A stretch of 64,000 nt of DNA from Antedon mediterranea (taxonomy: Eukaryota > Animalia > Echinodermata), in NCBI RefSeq assembly GCF_964355755.1, contig NC_092671.1, positions 27,168,070-27,232,069 of the forward strand, written 5' to 3'. How positions within the stretch are numbered: position 1 is the stretch's first letter; every line of letters begins with the position of its first letter. Position numbers and translations under genes: made by a program. Below are positions 1-14,056 of this stretch, piece by piece. A model generated the notes under the pieces. That model made no database searches and was not told the DNA's origin. It saw only the letters and a list, made by a program, of their open reading frames with translations.

Positions 1-1003
1 AAGGCTGAAAAAACATAAATCACGCGTAACTTTGTGTAAAACACTCAATTTTTTTTCAACAAAAAGTTAGCGCATGATATAAATTAAACTTTTGCAAAGT
101 TTCAATTTAATATGTTATTTGGTTTTTGACCTATGTTAAATACGCGAAATTCATAAAATCGTGCGTAAGTCACGTTGCGCATTTCTGACGTCATTCACAA
201 TAGGAGGTACACAATTTCACGTAAATGCCCACATGTTGACAAAGTTATAAAATGTTATGTTTACAAGTTTTTGAGATACATGTGACACATAAATGACAGA
301 AAGAAAGAAGAATAATACAGAAAAAAAAAACTAGATTTGAACTCGTCACTTTGACTATTTCGGGTTATCCGCGCAAACGCAACATGCACATACTTAACCA
401 TATGAACCTCGACAATTATTATGCCATCCTATGACATGAAATAAATATGTTTACAGTGCTGAATTGTACCTATTATGTTATTTACAGTTTTAGACATGAT
501 GACGTCATAACAATTGACATATTTTTAACTCATGCGAAAGATAGTTAATTGACCTAGACAGTACTGAAATATTTGAGGAAATGGAATACGTATAAGCGAG
601 ATGCGCTCTATTTAATGTGATAAGCAATAACGAAAGAGTAAAAAATCCTATATTTTACATTCGTGTGGCCATACGATGACGTCATAACATCCGAAGGGTA
701 AAGATTCTGCATGAATTCATATCTACAACATATCTGCCTACATATTAGATTAAAAAAATTGGGGGTCATGGGTGATCCTGAGGAGCTATAATAGATTAAA
801 AATAGGCATAATTTTGACAATATGTTGTCACTTTTTCAACTAAAACGCGCGCAAATGGTCTAAATCAACGTGTCGCTCGCGTACCATCTAGTAATTGAAA
901 TTATGTCAATCTTTATTTTAATCACTAGGAAAGGCTGTAATAACCAAAAAAGATGATGAAACAGGACAGTTACAAGGAGTTATCCGCTCAATGCGGATAA
1001 CTA
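1..1003 (-). mobile_element. Helentron/DINE-like non-autonomous elements (two nested or partial copies)
   Basis: 1-330 and 331-1003 are reverse complements of parts of 43529-45167; 3' end ctagatttgaactcgtcac at 331; 5' hairpin gttatccgc-tcaat-gcggataac at about 978-1001. Confidence 0.7.
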
Positions 1004-1020
1004 ATGAACTGGTTATTAAA

Positions 1021-2505
1021 ACTTTGACTGCCAAACACAACGCTTGACTGCCAAACACGAAGATCTTCGTGTTTCGCGTTTTTTTACGAAATCCGGTAGA
1101 TAGGTTAATTATTGGTATTATACTATAAATATGGACACTATATTCGGTCTGGACCGTCAATATTTTACTATTTGATAGTAACTAATCTGGCTACGAACAA
1201 CTGTCAAAATGGTACCTGTTGAAATAACTAACACCGCGCATCACAGTAGCGCGTAGAGCGATAGCTTGGCGCATTGTGTATCGGTCGCGCGCTAGCTATG
1301 CCGCCGAAGCATTACAAAGGTTTTTGTGGATTGGCATGTTTGTTTGTTATCTGAATAAAAAATAATGGAGTCATTTTGAATATGAAGTCTTTAATTTTAT
1401 TATTGTATGTATACCCTAATTGTTTTGGTGTTTCACTGTAAGTGACCAATTTTCATGCAACAAACTTGTTTAGAAATGGTATGGATATTATCATCAGTTT
1501 ACTAGGCTAGTAGTACTAGGCTAGCCTAGGCCTAGTGATAAAACGGTCCTGGACCAACTTTAGGCCTGGTTAACTAGGCCTGGTGTTGTATGTGGATTTT
1601 GGCGAAAAATTTATGTAAGATTTATGATTTATAAATGTAATACATTTTTCGATAGTGATAACTTGTTTTTATAGGCCTATCGGTCTATATTCGGTCTGGA
1701 CCGTCAATATTTTACTATTTGAAAGTAACTAATCTGGCTACGAACAACTGTCAAAATGGTACCTGTTGAAATAACTAACACCGCGCATCACAGTAGCGCG
1801 TAGAGCGATAGCTTGGCGCATTGTGTATCGGTCGCGCGCTAGCTATGCCGCCGAAGCATTACAAAGGTTTTTGTGGATTGGCATGTTTGTTTGTTATCTG
1901 AATAAAAAATAATGGAGTCATTTTGAATATGAAGTCTTTAATTTTATTATTGTATGTATACCCTAATTGTTTTGGTGTTTCACTGTAAGTGACCAATTTT
2001 CATGCAACAAACTTGTTTAGAAATGGTATGGATATTATCATCAGTTTACTAGGCTAGTAGTACTAGGCTAGCCTAGGCCTAGTGATAAAACGGTCCTGGA
2101 CCAACTTTAGGCCTGGTTAACTAGGCCTGGTGTTGTATGCGGATTTTGGCGAAAAATTGATGTAAGATTTATGATTTATAAATGTAATACATTTTTCGAT
2201 AGTGATAACTTGTTTTTATAGGCCTATCGGTGCCGTGTAAGTAACTTTTTCGTTGTTTGTGGATCTCACCGGGCGATATTTTCATATTGTGAATAATCGC
2301 GAATATCTCAACTTTCTTGTGCGAAACTACAAAAAACTAAAAAAATGGGTTACTTTTATTTTATTATGATTTACATATTGCGATTTGAAAATCTATAAAT
2401 CAGATTACATACATAGTTTCAATCAGCTTTAATAAAAACATCGAATTGGGCTAAAAACGCTGACGGTGGCAGTTTCTAACTGGAAAAACCTCTGGCAGTC
2501 AAAGT
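1021..2505. mobile_element. Non-autonomous TIR element containing a 547-bp tandem duplication
   Basis: TIR actttgactgcca / tggcagtcaaagt; 1138-1684 repeated at 1685-2231 with about 3 mismatches. Confidence 0.65.
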
Positions 2506-3273
2506 AATAATATTGATTGATGACTATGAAGTATGATAAAGTGGTTAAATTATTGACAATATATAGTTATACATCTATGTAAACTTCTTCATTAGAAAGA
2601 AGCAGCTGTGTACACAAAAGCTTAGTCTGAGGAAACTTTAACCTAACTAGTCGGAAAGTGCATAATTGCAATTCTGTCCTACTTTTTGTCTATTGTTCAT
2701 ATTTATAATTCCCACTGTCCCATACAAACACTCAATTTTTAAATTGTTTAATATAGTAGTATACATATACTGATGAATGTTTATGAGTGTGATGGTACAA
2801 ATAATTTTATGAGGTGAAAATTGAAACGAAAATGGAATTCCATGTTCTGCAATATATTAAACGACTCGTTTATAGAACCATTCGGTAGAAATTATGCTGT
2901 AATACAAAATTAACCAATCAAATAGTGGAAAGCTGATACCTATTGGCCAGATGTGTACAATGAACTAGAGTACATTGAACTGGAATATTATGGTTGTAAA
3001 TGTTAATTAAACATCCTGACTTCCATGTATAAAGATATGATAATGATTTAATTTACATAGTACCTTGCCGCATCACTACATCGTTTGACTTTTTACTCTT
3101 CTGTAGCATGGAATACCATTACAAATTGCAAATTTGATAATTGTATAGCGTCATCAATGACGACAACGAGTATTTAGTATCATTCACTCTGATATAAATT
3201 CACATTAGGACCTCATGACCTTATAAACATGTTGTCCTGTCATTGGTGAACATTCAAAGACAATAATTATTTA

Positions 3274-3838
3274 TACCCCTTTCACACCAAAACTCTGGAG
3301 TGATCTCCGGAGACACCCTGGGGTGTGTGACCATTCAAAACGTCGAGAAACTCCGGAGATACCCCTTTCACACCAACCTAGCAACACTGGGGTTTATAAA
3401 ATGAAATTGTAAATGTCGCCCTCTATTTTGTTTGTTTACATAGCGACGATCATTAGAATCATTTTAATTAACAATATTTTAAATTTAATAATTACTTTCA
3501 AAAGTCTCAGAAGTAATATAATGTTTTATTGATACTACTTATTTTTTATACCCGTTATATATTTTGTACAAATATTTAACGTATTTTGAAATAAAACTAA
3601 AGCAATGAGTGATCGTGTGAGGATGATCTTTTGACCCTAAACACTTCGGAGTTTGATGTTGGTACCTTTCACACCAAAACACCGGGGTGTCCTCGCAGTT
3701 TGCTCTCCGGAGAATGTTCAGCTGTTCAACCCCGCAGTTTTAAACTCCGGAATTGCTTGATTTTACCTTTCACACCAAACAGTGGGGGCGTCAACTCCGG
3801 AGTGTCTCCGGAGTTTTGTTTTTGGTGTGAAAGGGGTA
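3274..3838. mobile_element. MITE, PIF/Harbinger-like
   Basis: TIR tacccctttcacaccaaaa / ttttggtgtgaaaggggta; flanks TTA/CTA; four internal cctttcacacc subrepeats. Confidence 0.8.
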
Positions 3839-4119
3839 CTAGACACTTTTGAACATAATTTCTTCCTTTCAAAATCGATGCGAAGCTTTATTAGACCAAA
3901 GGTTGTAACTTCTATGTTTAACAGGTTTTTAATTGATGGACTATGCCTTCATAAATAAAGTCCACCAACCATAAAATATGTTATTTGATATAGTAATAAA
4001 GGTTATTAGGTTATTTGATGTCCATATTATTCACCAGTATTATTTTTAATTTTATACATGGTCACAATCAACCTTAACATAATTTACATTTTCAATAAAA
4101 TTCCCACTCGGTATTATTA

Positions 4120-5500
4120 TTTACCTCCGCCAAGGAGGTATATGTAATCGGTAGCGTGTGTTTGTCTGTTTGTTTGTTAGCAGGATTACTCAAAAAGTAA
4201 TTACAAGATCTTTACCAAAATGAATATACAGATAGATATGTGGTCAAGGACCATTCCATTAAATTTTGGGACCATTTGGGACAATGGTCCCAATTCTGGA
4301 CCACTTTTTAGTATACTCTTCAGACCTGCTAGTGTTAAAAGATAGGACAGAATTTTTCAAAAGCCGGCGAGCAGTCTTAAAGTAACAAATAAACTGAAAT
4401 TGAATTTTCTCGAGAACTACTTGTCCAAAAAACTTCATTTTTGTACATATGTATTATTTATTATGAAAGTAAGAGAACAAAAGTTTATTAAGTCATCATT
4501 AATCGCATATATAATTTAAAAAAATTAATTTCGACAATCAAACAAATTATGACATTTTCTTAGGCCAAAATAACAAACTTAACATTAACTATCTTCCTTC
4601 AAAAGTTCATATCTTAAAGTTAAAAGTATATAGTTTGACAGTGCATCATTGTTTTACATTTTTAAAGATGTCATCATAGTAAACAATTCTAATTCATTGC
4701 GGTATGTAATAATCTATCTGCACCAAAGTGGTTAATGCATAGTAAATACATGGAGGAATCTTTCTATACAACTTTTAGTCAGTTGTGTATTGCTCGGTGG
4801 TCTGTGCTCGTGTCTATGGCACTCAAGGTACCGAGATCGAGTCTCATCTTGGGAAACGAAATAAGATTTTTTTTTTATTATAATCCTTATTGTTTGTTCA
4901 ATTGTATTTTTTAGTGTATAGATTATACACATAATTTATAATGAAATCTATATAAAAAGTAAGTAATGTCTTTATTACTTATGTAACAATGTGGTTTATG
5001 ACATTATACGCAGAGGGATCTTTGATTGGATTGTTATACCGGCTATTGTATTCCCGTTAGCAAGATCCTATAATATATAAAAATAATTAAAGATTTTGAG
5101 AAAATCAATCAATCAATCAATATTTTGTTTAAAAATCAATTATCTTTATTTAAATCAATGCATATAACCTATAATTCGTCATAGTGACATAGTGATTTGT
5201 AACTTTAAAACATAATTTGATTTAATGTGCACTTTTTTTTATGCGAGTAGTTTAAAAAACGTATTTCTTTTCAAATTCACTCATTTGATTTTCACGTTGC
5301 ATGTGCTATTGTTAGTCAACTGAAGCTATTGTTAATTGAAAGGCTTGTTACATAACCTTTACACCAAACTCGCCTACACATGCTTGTAGTGAAATTAGCC
5401 TAAATCACACACAGCATTAAGACACACACAAATATTTAAATATTTTTTTTACCGGAGAAATCTTATGTACGAGAACTTTACAGTAGACGGAGGTATGCAC
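4120..5500 (+). mobile_element. Helentron/DINE-like composite element (acctccgccaaggaggt family)
   Basis: 5' hairpin acctccgccaaggaggt with (GTTT)n; 3' subTIR cggaggtatgcact at about 5488. The interior 4450-5185 recurs at 31110-31835, and other parts recur inverted at 35426-37338. Confidence 0.65.
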
Positions 5501-5873
5501 TATTATTATTATTATTATTATTATCAGTTTAATGAAGCATTTTGCTTTCCTTCAACACTGAAAAAATGTTCCCTGACATTGATCTCTCCTCACAATTGGG
5601 ACATGCAAAGTGTTTACTGGGAATGATTATATCAGTTAGCATGATCACCAGTGTATATAAAATGTCTAGCACTATAGGTGTTGTTTACATAGACGAATAT
5701 AGTCTTTATCTGTGTCTATGCTTATATAAAGATTATACTGTATTTGTGTATATTTGTGTCGGTCTAGATTTCAATAGGAAAGTAAACAGTATAGCCGGTA
5801 TATTTAGGGAGTATGTATGATTATAATGTGTACAATACAAGAGAGAATATATCGTAAACCTTTTACCTAATAA

Positions 5874-6175
5874 GGGTATGTTCAGATCTATGGAGTTATG
5901 CTTTCGTATCGCAAGCAGTGTCATATTATAATTAGCGTCGTAACAGAAAAGTGTTCAGATTTGCCTAACTAACGCTTTCGTTTCAAACTGAAGTGTCACC
6001 GATTTGGACGAACATGTGGTATGCAGGAATAATTTTGATTAGTTAGAGGTCAAAATCGTTGATGCGTAAGCGGCGTACGAGGTGGCTTACACTAATCTTT
6101 TCCTGGTTCAGACCTATGCAGAGTTGCATGCCGCGTACAATACGAAAGCATAACTCCGTAGATCTGAACAGGCCC
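5874..6175. mobile_element. MITE, PIF/Harbinger-like
   Basis: ~36-bp TIR gggtatgttcagatctatggagttatgctttcgtat with its near-perfect reverse complement; TAA TSD on both sides. Confidence 0.85.
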
Positions 6176-6820
6176 TAAGTTGTCATAATACAGTATATAT
6201 TGCTAAATATTCATCATGTTGTCAACATAGAAGGTAGAACATACTGTATTATATAACATTCTATTGGTAAAATAATCTTAATAGCTATCACTCAATATAA
6301 TAGATAAAGTTTATTTAATACAATGCATAAAACATTTGACCTTTAAAGAAATAGATGCCTTTGAAACTAAATCTTATGAAAAATGAAAAAGTTTTTTTGA
6401 AAGCAAACTATAGAGGGCACTATAACAGTTTGAAAATTACATCAAACCATATAGGGGACTATTAAAAAATGGAACGATATTGGCATCTATAATAGTAAAC
6501 ATCATAATAGTAATATCATGGAGTGCCAAAGGCATACAAATGCGGGAACTACACTCAATATTTCATTTATTAATCAATGCATAAATTTATTATTAACAAC
6601 TAGACTGATGTCTATTAACTCATCTACAGCCTAGAGGGATATTTGTTATGTTCATCCAAAAAAATCCAGAGAAATTGTATTTAGCAGGAGAGTGGGAGAT
6701 GACACAATACATTAGGAGACTAATGTCATTTTCTGGAGATTTGAGAGGTCTGAGATTGTTTGTAAGCATGAATATGTAGCTATAGCCTAATATTATTTTC
6801 TTTTTTATATCCTTTTCCAG

Positions 6821-7038
6821 GTCTTACAATCTAAAGGTTGGGAATCGGAGGAAACACGGCTAAAGACCCAATTAGAAAATGCAGAAAAAACAACCAAAAA
6901 CATAGAAGAGCAACTGGTCATTAGTCAGAATAATGCAGAATGTACAAAATCAGAATTGGTAGAGACCCAGCAGCAGTACATGGCACTTGAAAAAAAATAC
7001 CATAAGGCCAAGAAACTCATCAAAGAATTCCAGAAGAG
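6821..7038 (+). CDS. PPP1R9A: Neurabin-1/spinophilin-like protein, internal exon (coiled coil); gene is 5'-partial in this window
   Basis: Acceptor ttttccag, donor GT at 7039. Translates VLQSKGWESEETRLK...ETQQQYMALEKKYHKAKKLIKEFQKR, closely matching the neurabin motif QYQALEKKYNKAKKLIKDFQQK. Ends in phase 2. Confidence 0.9.
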
Positions 7039-7541
7039 GTGTTTACTTGGTTAAATTATCTTGTCTGTCATTTATAAATGTTATAGGAATGATAATTAGA
7101 GTTTTGTGATAAGAGAGTCTTGTAGTATCTGACCTTTACCCTGAGATTATGCAAGTCCTCATCAACGAATAACTCACTTATAATAATATGTACTGAAGTA
7201 TATTTTTTTCCACATCAAATTGCCTAAAACAATAAAGATACAAAATAATTATAATTGTCATTTTTGGAATTATAAAAGTAAAACTGTATTTCTGTAAACT
7301 CTTCTTAGAGGGAAGCATAGACAAAAAGGGTTGAGTTTCAAGAACAAAAGAGGTCTCTGCTTACGAAGAACTGATCCTCTGCTTAGAGCTTAAATTAATT
7401 AAGATTTTCCATCTAGTATGAATCTAGTATATCTATATATAATTTATTCTGTGCCTGTGATGTTTATATATACACCACTATGCTTTATATTCATATTACT
7501 GCACTTTGATAACTTGGTACTAAATACAGTAATTCAAATCA

Positions 7542-10500
7542 TCACACGAACCGGCAAATCCGCGAATGTCCATTCCAAGAAAATCGCGAATGTAAAAAAG
7601 GCACTTTTTGCAGTCATTTCTCGCATTATTTGTGGTAGTTATGTAAAAATAAATCACATGAATAATTTTAAATTGTCCATAAAAAAATGTACTTATTAAG
7701 ATTATTTACCACGTAACTTGCAGCTAAGCGATATGCGACGCATATTCGTCACTTCGTGTGAACAAGAATCTTATGCAATGACTATGAAATATGCGGTATT
7801 AGCCGTGATTGCCTGGTAATAAATAGGCCGTCCCACGTAAACATCTTAGGGCCCTAACGATAATAATATAAAGTAAACAAATTATTCGGTTAAAAATGCA
7901 AAAGAACAATCACAAATCAGTTACAAAATATAATTTATGTTAGATAGTTAGAATAAACGTTTTTAATTCAATATTCCCATAGTAGACCTAAGGGAACAGT
8001 TAAACAATCATTTTGACGGTCTATTGTAAAATACGACTTTTCAGCATATTAGGCCTACAATCATTTAGACATTCATGGCCAATATAGTATATATTAAATA
8101 ACATTAAATGTGTTATCTACCTTTTCTAATACAGTATTAAAAGGCTAATTTAAATTATTTACTAATTTCATGTGATTCCGTAGCAATGTGGTCTTATTGT
8201 AGGGCATATCACAGAATAATGTGCAGACTACCCTATATAGTATACAATACTATTTAGTATAGCCATGCCTCCAAAGATATTTAGTGACGCACTGATTATA
8301 ATAATTATACTGTAACTAAAAAGCAAGAACAACAAATATAAATACTCTTAACATCAAAATGTATGAATTGTTTAATAAAAATGTGTATACAGAAATGAAA
8401 GTTATTATCCTTAGTAGCAAATATATATTAATGCTACTAAATTTTTCGCATAATTTTTCGTATCTCCTCCAAAACCACTGAAGGTACGTGCTCACATTTG
8501 GCACAATGATGTTTATTGATGGGCCGCACACGATAGGCTATGTCACTTTCTCGAATTTTAAGGATAAACACACTAAAAAAAGGCAAAAAATTGCAGTAAT
8601 TTGACGTCTCAGCGACCATGTTACGTCACTGTATAAACTACCTCCTCTGTTGTGTACCGCCATGGCCGGATCTACAAATAACATGCCGGGCCGCTAAATT
8701 AACAGTTTTTAGTCAACCGATCGAATGAAGTTTTAATTAATTATACCTATCCTCGGAACAGACTGTAATTTGTAAATCATGGTTTCGCTCAGTGAGTTGA
8801 ATTGAAATATATATTTATACTGGGTAACCTCTTCAGTCAAAGACTGGTCTCCCAGAGGGCCCAGTTGGTGATCAGTGGCTGTGATGTACTAATACACCGG
8901 GGTAACCCCCTACTCGTCTCGAAAGATGTACTAGGTTCTTTAAAGTGCACACGAGCTAGATGTGTACACTGGACCTACGGTTTATAGTCCTTATCCGAGA
9001 AGACTCGTTCTACCACCAGAACCATGGAGTGAGTGAGCCTCGAACCCCTGCCGATGTTATGGCTACGTAATTACGGTTCCACTGTCTTAACCGCTCGGCC
9101 ACTCACTCACTCGCTGTGACCATTGATATCAACGCTTAGTAGGTTCGAGTTCAATCTACATGTGTAATAATTAAGTATCACTGTTTAAAGCTAAAAATCA
9201 AAACTAGACCACAATGTAATTACAAAACTAGCAAAAAAGATACGAAAAAATACACAAAAAAAACATGAAAAAAAGAAAAAAAAAACATGAAAAAAAATGT
9301 AAATGAAAAAAAAAAACCACACAAATAAAATGAATCCAAATATCCTATGTGTCATGTTTCCACAAATAAATAATAAATAACGTTTTGGGTTTTATGGGAA
9401 TATAAAAAACCATGAAATAAACAAAAATTTAAATTAAAAAAAAAACACACATACACAACACAAAAATAAAACGAATCCAAATGAGTCTCGTGTTTCCGCT
9501 AAATATCAAATATCAACGAAAAATACACCCAAAATGTTTGTGTCCTAGCGCATCATCTAATTTCGACTACTTTTTATGTTTAGTCCGTAATCATTGTTAT
9601 TATTCCAATACTTCTTAATTCGATAACTTACCAATTCATTTTTTATCAATAAAATGTTTTAATCTCTGCCGACTGATTGACAGAAGTCTGTCCCACTCAT
9701 GCACGTGGTCACTTTCTGAGGCGCACCCCAAATCCAGTATTGCTTTCATTTTGTAGCTTAAAGATATTTTGAAGTAAAGGAATATTCCGTGTATAACAAA
9801 ATCAGTGGCTGTAAGTAGTTCCGAATTTTATTGTTGACAATTTTTTTGTTTAACAATTTGTCAGGGGCCGGGAAGTGATTTTTTATTTCGTAACAAAAGT
9901 TAGGGGAACCTTATGTGAAAGATAGCCAAACTACTTAAGTTCCTAAATATAACTAAACCTAACCCTCTATAATAATAATAATCCCTATCTCTCACTATAA
10001 AGTAAAAAGAACTTGCTCATCTGATTCAAACCCCATACATTGACATGCAAAGTCCATAGCCTAATCCACAGACGGCTCGACAGAAAACCTTTGTATTAGC
10101 GAATTTTTAACTCATTTCTAATGTAGCTTATGGACATGATTAATGAATATTCATGTTTCTTTTGTGACGTCTCATGAACTTATGTACTAAAGAAATATCG
10201 TGGCCGAGAAAGGTACGCTTTTATTATACTTAATAATCATGCCTTGTGAATTATTATTAAGGTAGACAAAGCGTTTCTGCTAGACCACAATTTAATTACA
10301 AAAGTAGCATATACGTAACAAATCTCCCATACAAATTGCAAAACATCAAAACCAGTAAAATCAAAATAAAATGTAAATGAATAAACTTAACAATTCGTGT
10401 TTCCGCAGCAATGTGTTATTCATTCGATTTTTGTCCACTTTTTTTTTTATCTCTACGTATCAAATAATTAACACACGAAAAACACCCAAAATAATATAGT

Positions 10501-11103
10501 TTGGCATTTTTATACTTTAGTTATGTGTTTCGCGCATCATCTAATTTACACAGCACAATTTTTCTTAATAGCGTCTAAATATTTCAAAATACTTAGGACT
10601 ATAACATTGATGTAGGCCTAATCGTTACCGTTGTTGTAATTTAATTCAATGTACTTGATAGTGCTCTAGTGAACGTACGAAAGAACAAACATCGAAACAT
10701 TGCATTAAATTTCAATTAGATTACTAAATAATTTATCATTAACCACATAAATCAGTTTGTACTGGGTAAAATACTGTTCAATATTCTATAACCTATCCTC
10801 AATCTAACTTCACGGGACTGAAAATTGTAATGTTCCAGTATGCAAGAAACCAATCATATCACATGCAATTAGTAACGAATTGCATATTCGCTGTTTATTG
10901 AGGCGCAACAGTCTGCGCGTTTTAGTCACAAAGTGACGAATGATTATAATATCATAATATATTCGCCAAATTATAATTAAAATAATTAATTAATTAAATA
11001 AGATACGCAGTTGATATTTGCATCAATTGTTTTTTAGAATAAATACTTTCGAAATATAAAAAAAAATTGTTGTGCCAAAATGACGATTCGCCAGTTCGTG
11101 TAA
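7542..11103. mobile_element. Putative 3.6-kb non-autonomous TIR transposon with nested insertions
   Basis: tcacacgaaccggcaaatc vs gattcgccagttcgtgtaa; inverted subterminal motif attcgtcactt / aagtgacgaat; internal direct repeat at about 9205-9570 and 10280-10550. No clear TSD. Confidence 0.5.
8808..9114 (-). mobile_element. tRNA-derived SINE with a Deu/Nin-like central domain
   Basis: Minus strand: A-box TGGCCGAGCGG, B-box GGTTCGAGGC, then GATAAGGACTATAAACCGTAGGTCC...TTAAAGAACC...GAGTAGGGGGTTACCCCGGTGT, resembling the Deu domain. Decayed copies at about 24330-24460 and 16410-16460. Confidence 0.8.
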
Positions 11104-12073
11104 CGAAATATATTCAAAAGTACAAATAAATTTATTCAATACAGAATTAAAAATTGGACTAATTGACAGCACATTATTATGAACTAAAACTGTTACCTCC
11201 CCACCCCAGTATTAAAAATGATGGAGTCCATTATTATTGTTTATTGTCCGATTTATATTCCCTGAAACTTATATCATAAAGTTGTTTTAAATACTTCAGT
11301 TTAATATTAATTTTAAATAACTGACGATTTAATATAATATCAAATCAAATTTGAATTCTAGCACATTTTGCTAGAACTCCACTGGCTGTCCTGGCTGTCA
11401 TTTCATATGAACAGATGTTTTTTGGGAAAAATCTAATTTTAAATCTAATAACATGTACTGAATAGTCAGGCTTTAAATGAATTGTTTACACCAAACATTT
11501 TGAAAATTTTTCTTTAAACTTCAGTATTAATCTTAATTGACTGATTTGATTTAGTTTCGAATTGAACAATGAACAAACTCACAATTTGATAGTATTATGA
11601 GCAGATGCTTTTGAAATATTATTAGGTATATGTTTTAGTGACAATGTAATTTACATAATTGTATTGTAGAGCTAGATAAAAACACCTGGCATGTTAATTT
11701 CTGGGGGTTATAATTGTCCCACCAGATGGTTATTGCCTTGTCCTTCTGATGGGATGTAAAGCAATCATGTGTACATATGTTAAAATTCTTATCTTAGAAA
11801 TTCTTATTTTTTTATGTTAGCTGAAGGAAATGTTTTTTTTCTCCAAAAATCAGATAGCAACCTAAACATAAAACAAAGAAGGCAATGTTTTAACAGTTAT
11901 ATTTACTTAAAAACAATATTAAACAAAAATAACATATTGAATACTGTAAACTCTTTACTTTTTTCTACATCCCTAAAAAATAATTACTAGATCATTAGAC
12001 CATATGGTGCAGGTCTAGATTTAGGCCTACACTGTTGCTATAATGATATTTATGTATGATTACATTTTTTCAG

Positions 12074-12170
12074 GGAGGAAGAGTTTTTGTCGAGGGAAAA
12101 TGATCAATTGAAACTAATACAAGAAAGAGATCTGAAACAACAAGAAAACATTGACAAATTACAGAATAGA
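12074..12170 (+). CDS. PPP1R9A: Neurabin-like exon (coiled coil)
   Basis: ttttttcag acceptor, gtaagt donor; (R)EEEFLSRENDQLKLIQERDLKQQENIDKLQNR; phase 2 to 0 fits the previous exon. Confidence 0.88.
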
Positions 12171-12615
12171 GTAAGTTAATGAATGCTATCAATAAAATAA
12201 CTCATTTAACCATTTAATATTAAAAGTAGCCTTTACTTGAATTCATGTCACCCAATTTTAAAAGATAAATGGAAATAAGTTTGCCGTCTCGGTACTTTTT
12301 TTGTGTTTTTATCCTATTGATTTTATATCAGAATAAAGAAATGAATGAAATGCAAATGGATAATCCATAACAATCATTAAATGTTAACTGCTGTTCACAC
12401 TTTGGTTGATTAAACATATACCTGTACCAAAATTGATTAAGGACGATACAAGAATGAATTTAGAAATAGCAAGGAAATATTGAAAAACTTATAGTTGGGT
12501 TCCCACTAGCAAAGGAGGAAAGCGAATTGACCAATAAAAAGCAATAAAATATTCAAACTATTGCTTATGATTTGTTTAATCCACTCAAGACGTGGGCTTA
12601 TGGCACTTATGCACA

Positions 12616-12697
12616 GGGTGTCTAGAAAACTCAAATCTAGAAACCTCACAGTTTTCTAGATCTAGAAACGTCAGATATCTGAGTTTTCTAGACACCC
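12616..12697. mobile_element. Small palindromic MITE
   Basis: gggtgtctagaaaactca ... tgagttttctagacaccc perfect 18-bp TIR. Confidence 0.7.
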
Positions 12698-12977
12698 CAA
12701 TACACACCATGTATTCAGGATACACTTCATATGTGCAGGGCTTGATATTTCACCCTGGCAAATAATGCATGCAAAAATGAGGCGCGACTGACAGCTCAGA
12801 AATGCGTAGTAAAAATGAGTGGGCTTGAGAAATAGCTAGTGGGTTATTTAAACTCGCAATAAACTAGTAGTAGTCTAATAATTACAATGTCAAAAATCGA
12901 GCCCTGATGTGGTATATTTTTAACCCTGCACTATAACAACAATCATTGTTGTATAATAAGCTTTGTTTATTTCACAG

Positions 12978-13050
12978 ATCAAATATTTGGAAAGTGGTGG
13001 ATCTGTTTCTCCAAAATCGTATCAGCTGTCGCCTATGGAAGATGGAGGAG
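12978..13050 (+). CDS. PPP1R9A: Neurabin-like exon
   Basis: tttcacag acceptor; IKYLESGGSVSPKSYQLSPMEDGG; weak donor gttgga; phase 0 to 1. Confidence 0.75.
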
Positions 13051-13334
13051 GTTGGAAGCCATTATATAATTTCTTTTTAATTAGCTTGTGTGGTTTGGTT
13101 TCCTACATTGTTTGATTTTTTTTTATTAACAGCCAAAACTGATTTATTGCTCGGTTTAAATTTCCAATTAATTTCGAGTCCAGTAAAGATAATGGTATTG
13201 TATTTGATACGTGTCAATATCAATGTAAAAGACAAAAAAACAAAATGTTTGTTTAAATTTAATTTAAAGTGTATGTATACATGGTTAGGGTTACATACAG
13301 ACCTTAATTGTTTTGTAATTCATTTCATGTGTTA

Positions 13335-13456
13335 AGCTGTTTCTACACTATCAAACTTTATGTGACAAAAAATGTGATGGACATGATGATGTCATATCAC
13401 TACCATATTTGGACACTTTTTTTGTCAAACTCATTTGATAGTGTAGACTGAGCTTT
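13335..13456. mobile_element. Short palindromic MITE (agct..tctacactatcaaac family); second copy at 37377-37477
   Basis: tctacactatcaaa / tttgatagtgtaga inverted ends; related copy agctctgtctacact...tgtagacagagct. Confidence 0.7.
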
Positions 13457-13957
13457 AAAAGCTTCATGTCATCCAACATCTTCAGCTAACTAGGGATTTA
13501 ATATTAATACACTTTTAAACTGGAATTAATGCTTGTTCTGGGAACTTTTGGAAAATAGGGCCCCAAAACTATTGTGATTTATGTTTGAGGTAATACGTCC
13601 ATGCACAATCAGTTGTGTGCCCAGGATTTTGAACTTTGCCTAACAATTGTGACATGAAGGTCAAATTGAACCTAAAATTCTATCTTTTTGCATTGTTGTT
13701 TTAAAAGTTAAATTATAGTGGGGGTCGGGTAGTGTCTGCTGGGCTACATTACCCCTTACATCTGCCCATGTTTTTCTAATAGTACCCTGTCAATTGCTAT
13801 ACTAACTGGTTATTAAATCATGATTGAAATCTTCATATAAAATATTCATCCCTTAATTCTCTTTCAGGCATTATTTTAATCAGGCACTATTTCAAAATAG
13901 TGGCCTGCTAATTAACGCAATGTAATTGATTATTAAACTGTAATGGTTTTTTATTAG

Positions 13958-14056
13958 AAGCAGGAGCTTTATTCCAACCAACTAGAATTGCATCATTTGA
14001 AGATATTCTAGAAGCTGAGGGAATGAAAGAAGCGATTTTAAATGAAACTATTGAAG
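13958..14056 (+). CDS. PPP1R9A: Neurabin-like exon (99 bp, symmetric phase 1)
   Basis: ttttattag acceptor, gtaaat donor; EAGALFQPTRIASFEDILEAEGMKEAILNETIE. The start is ambiguous because of tandem NAG acceptors. Confidence 0.75.
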
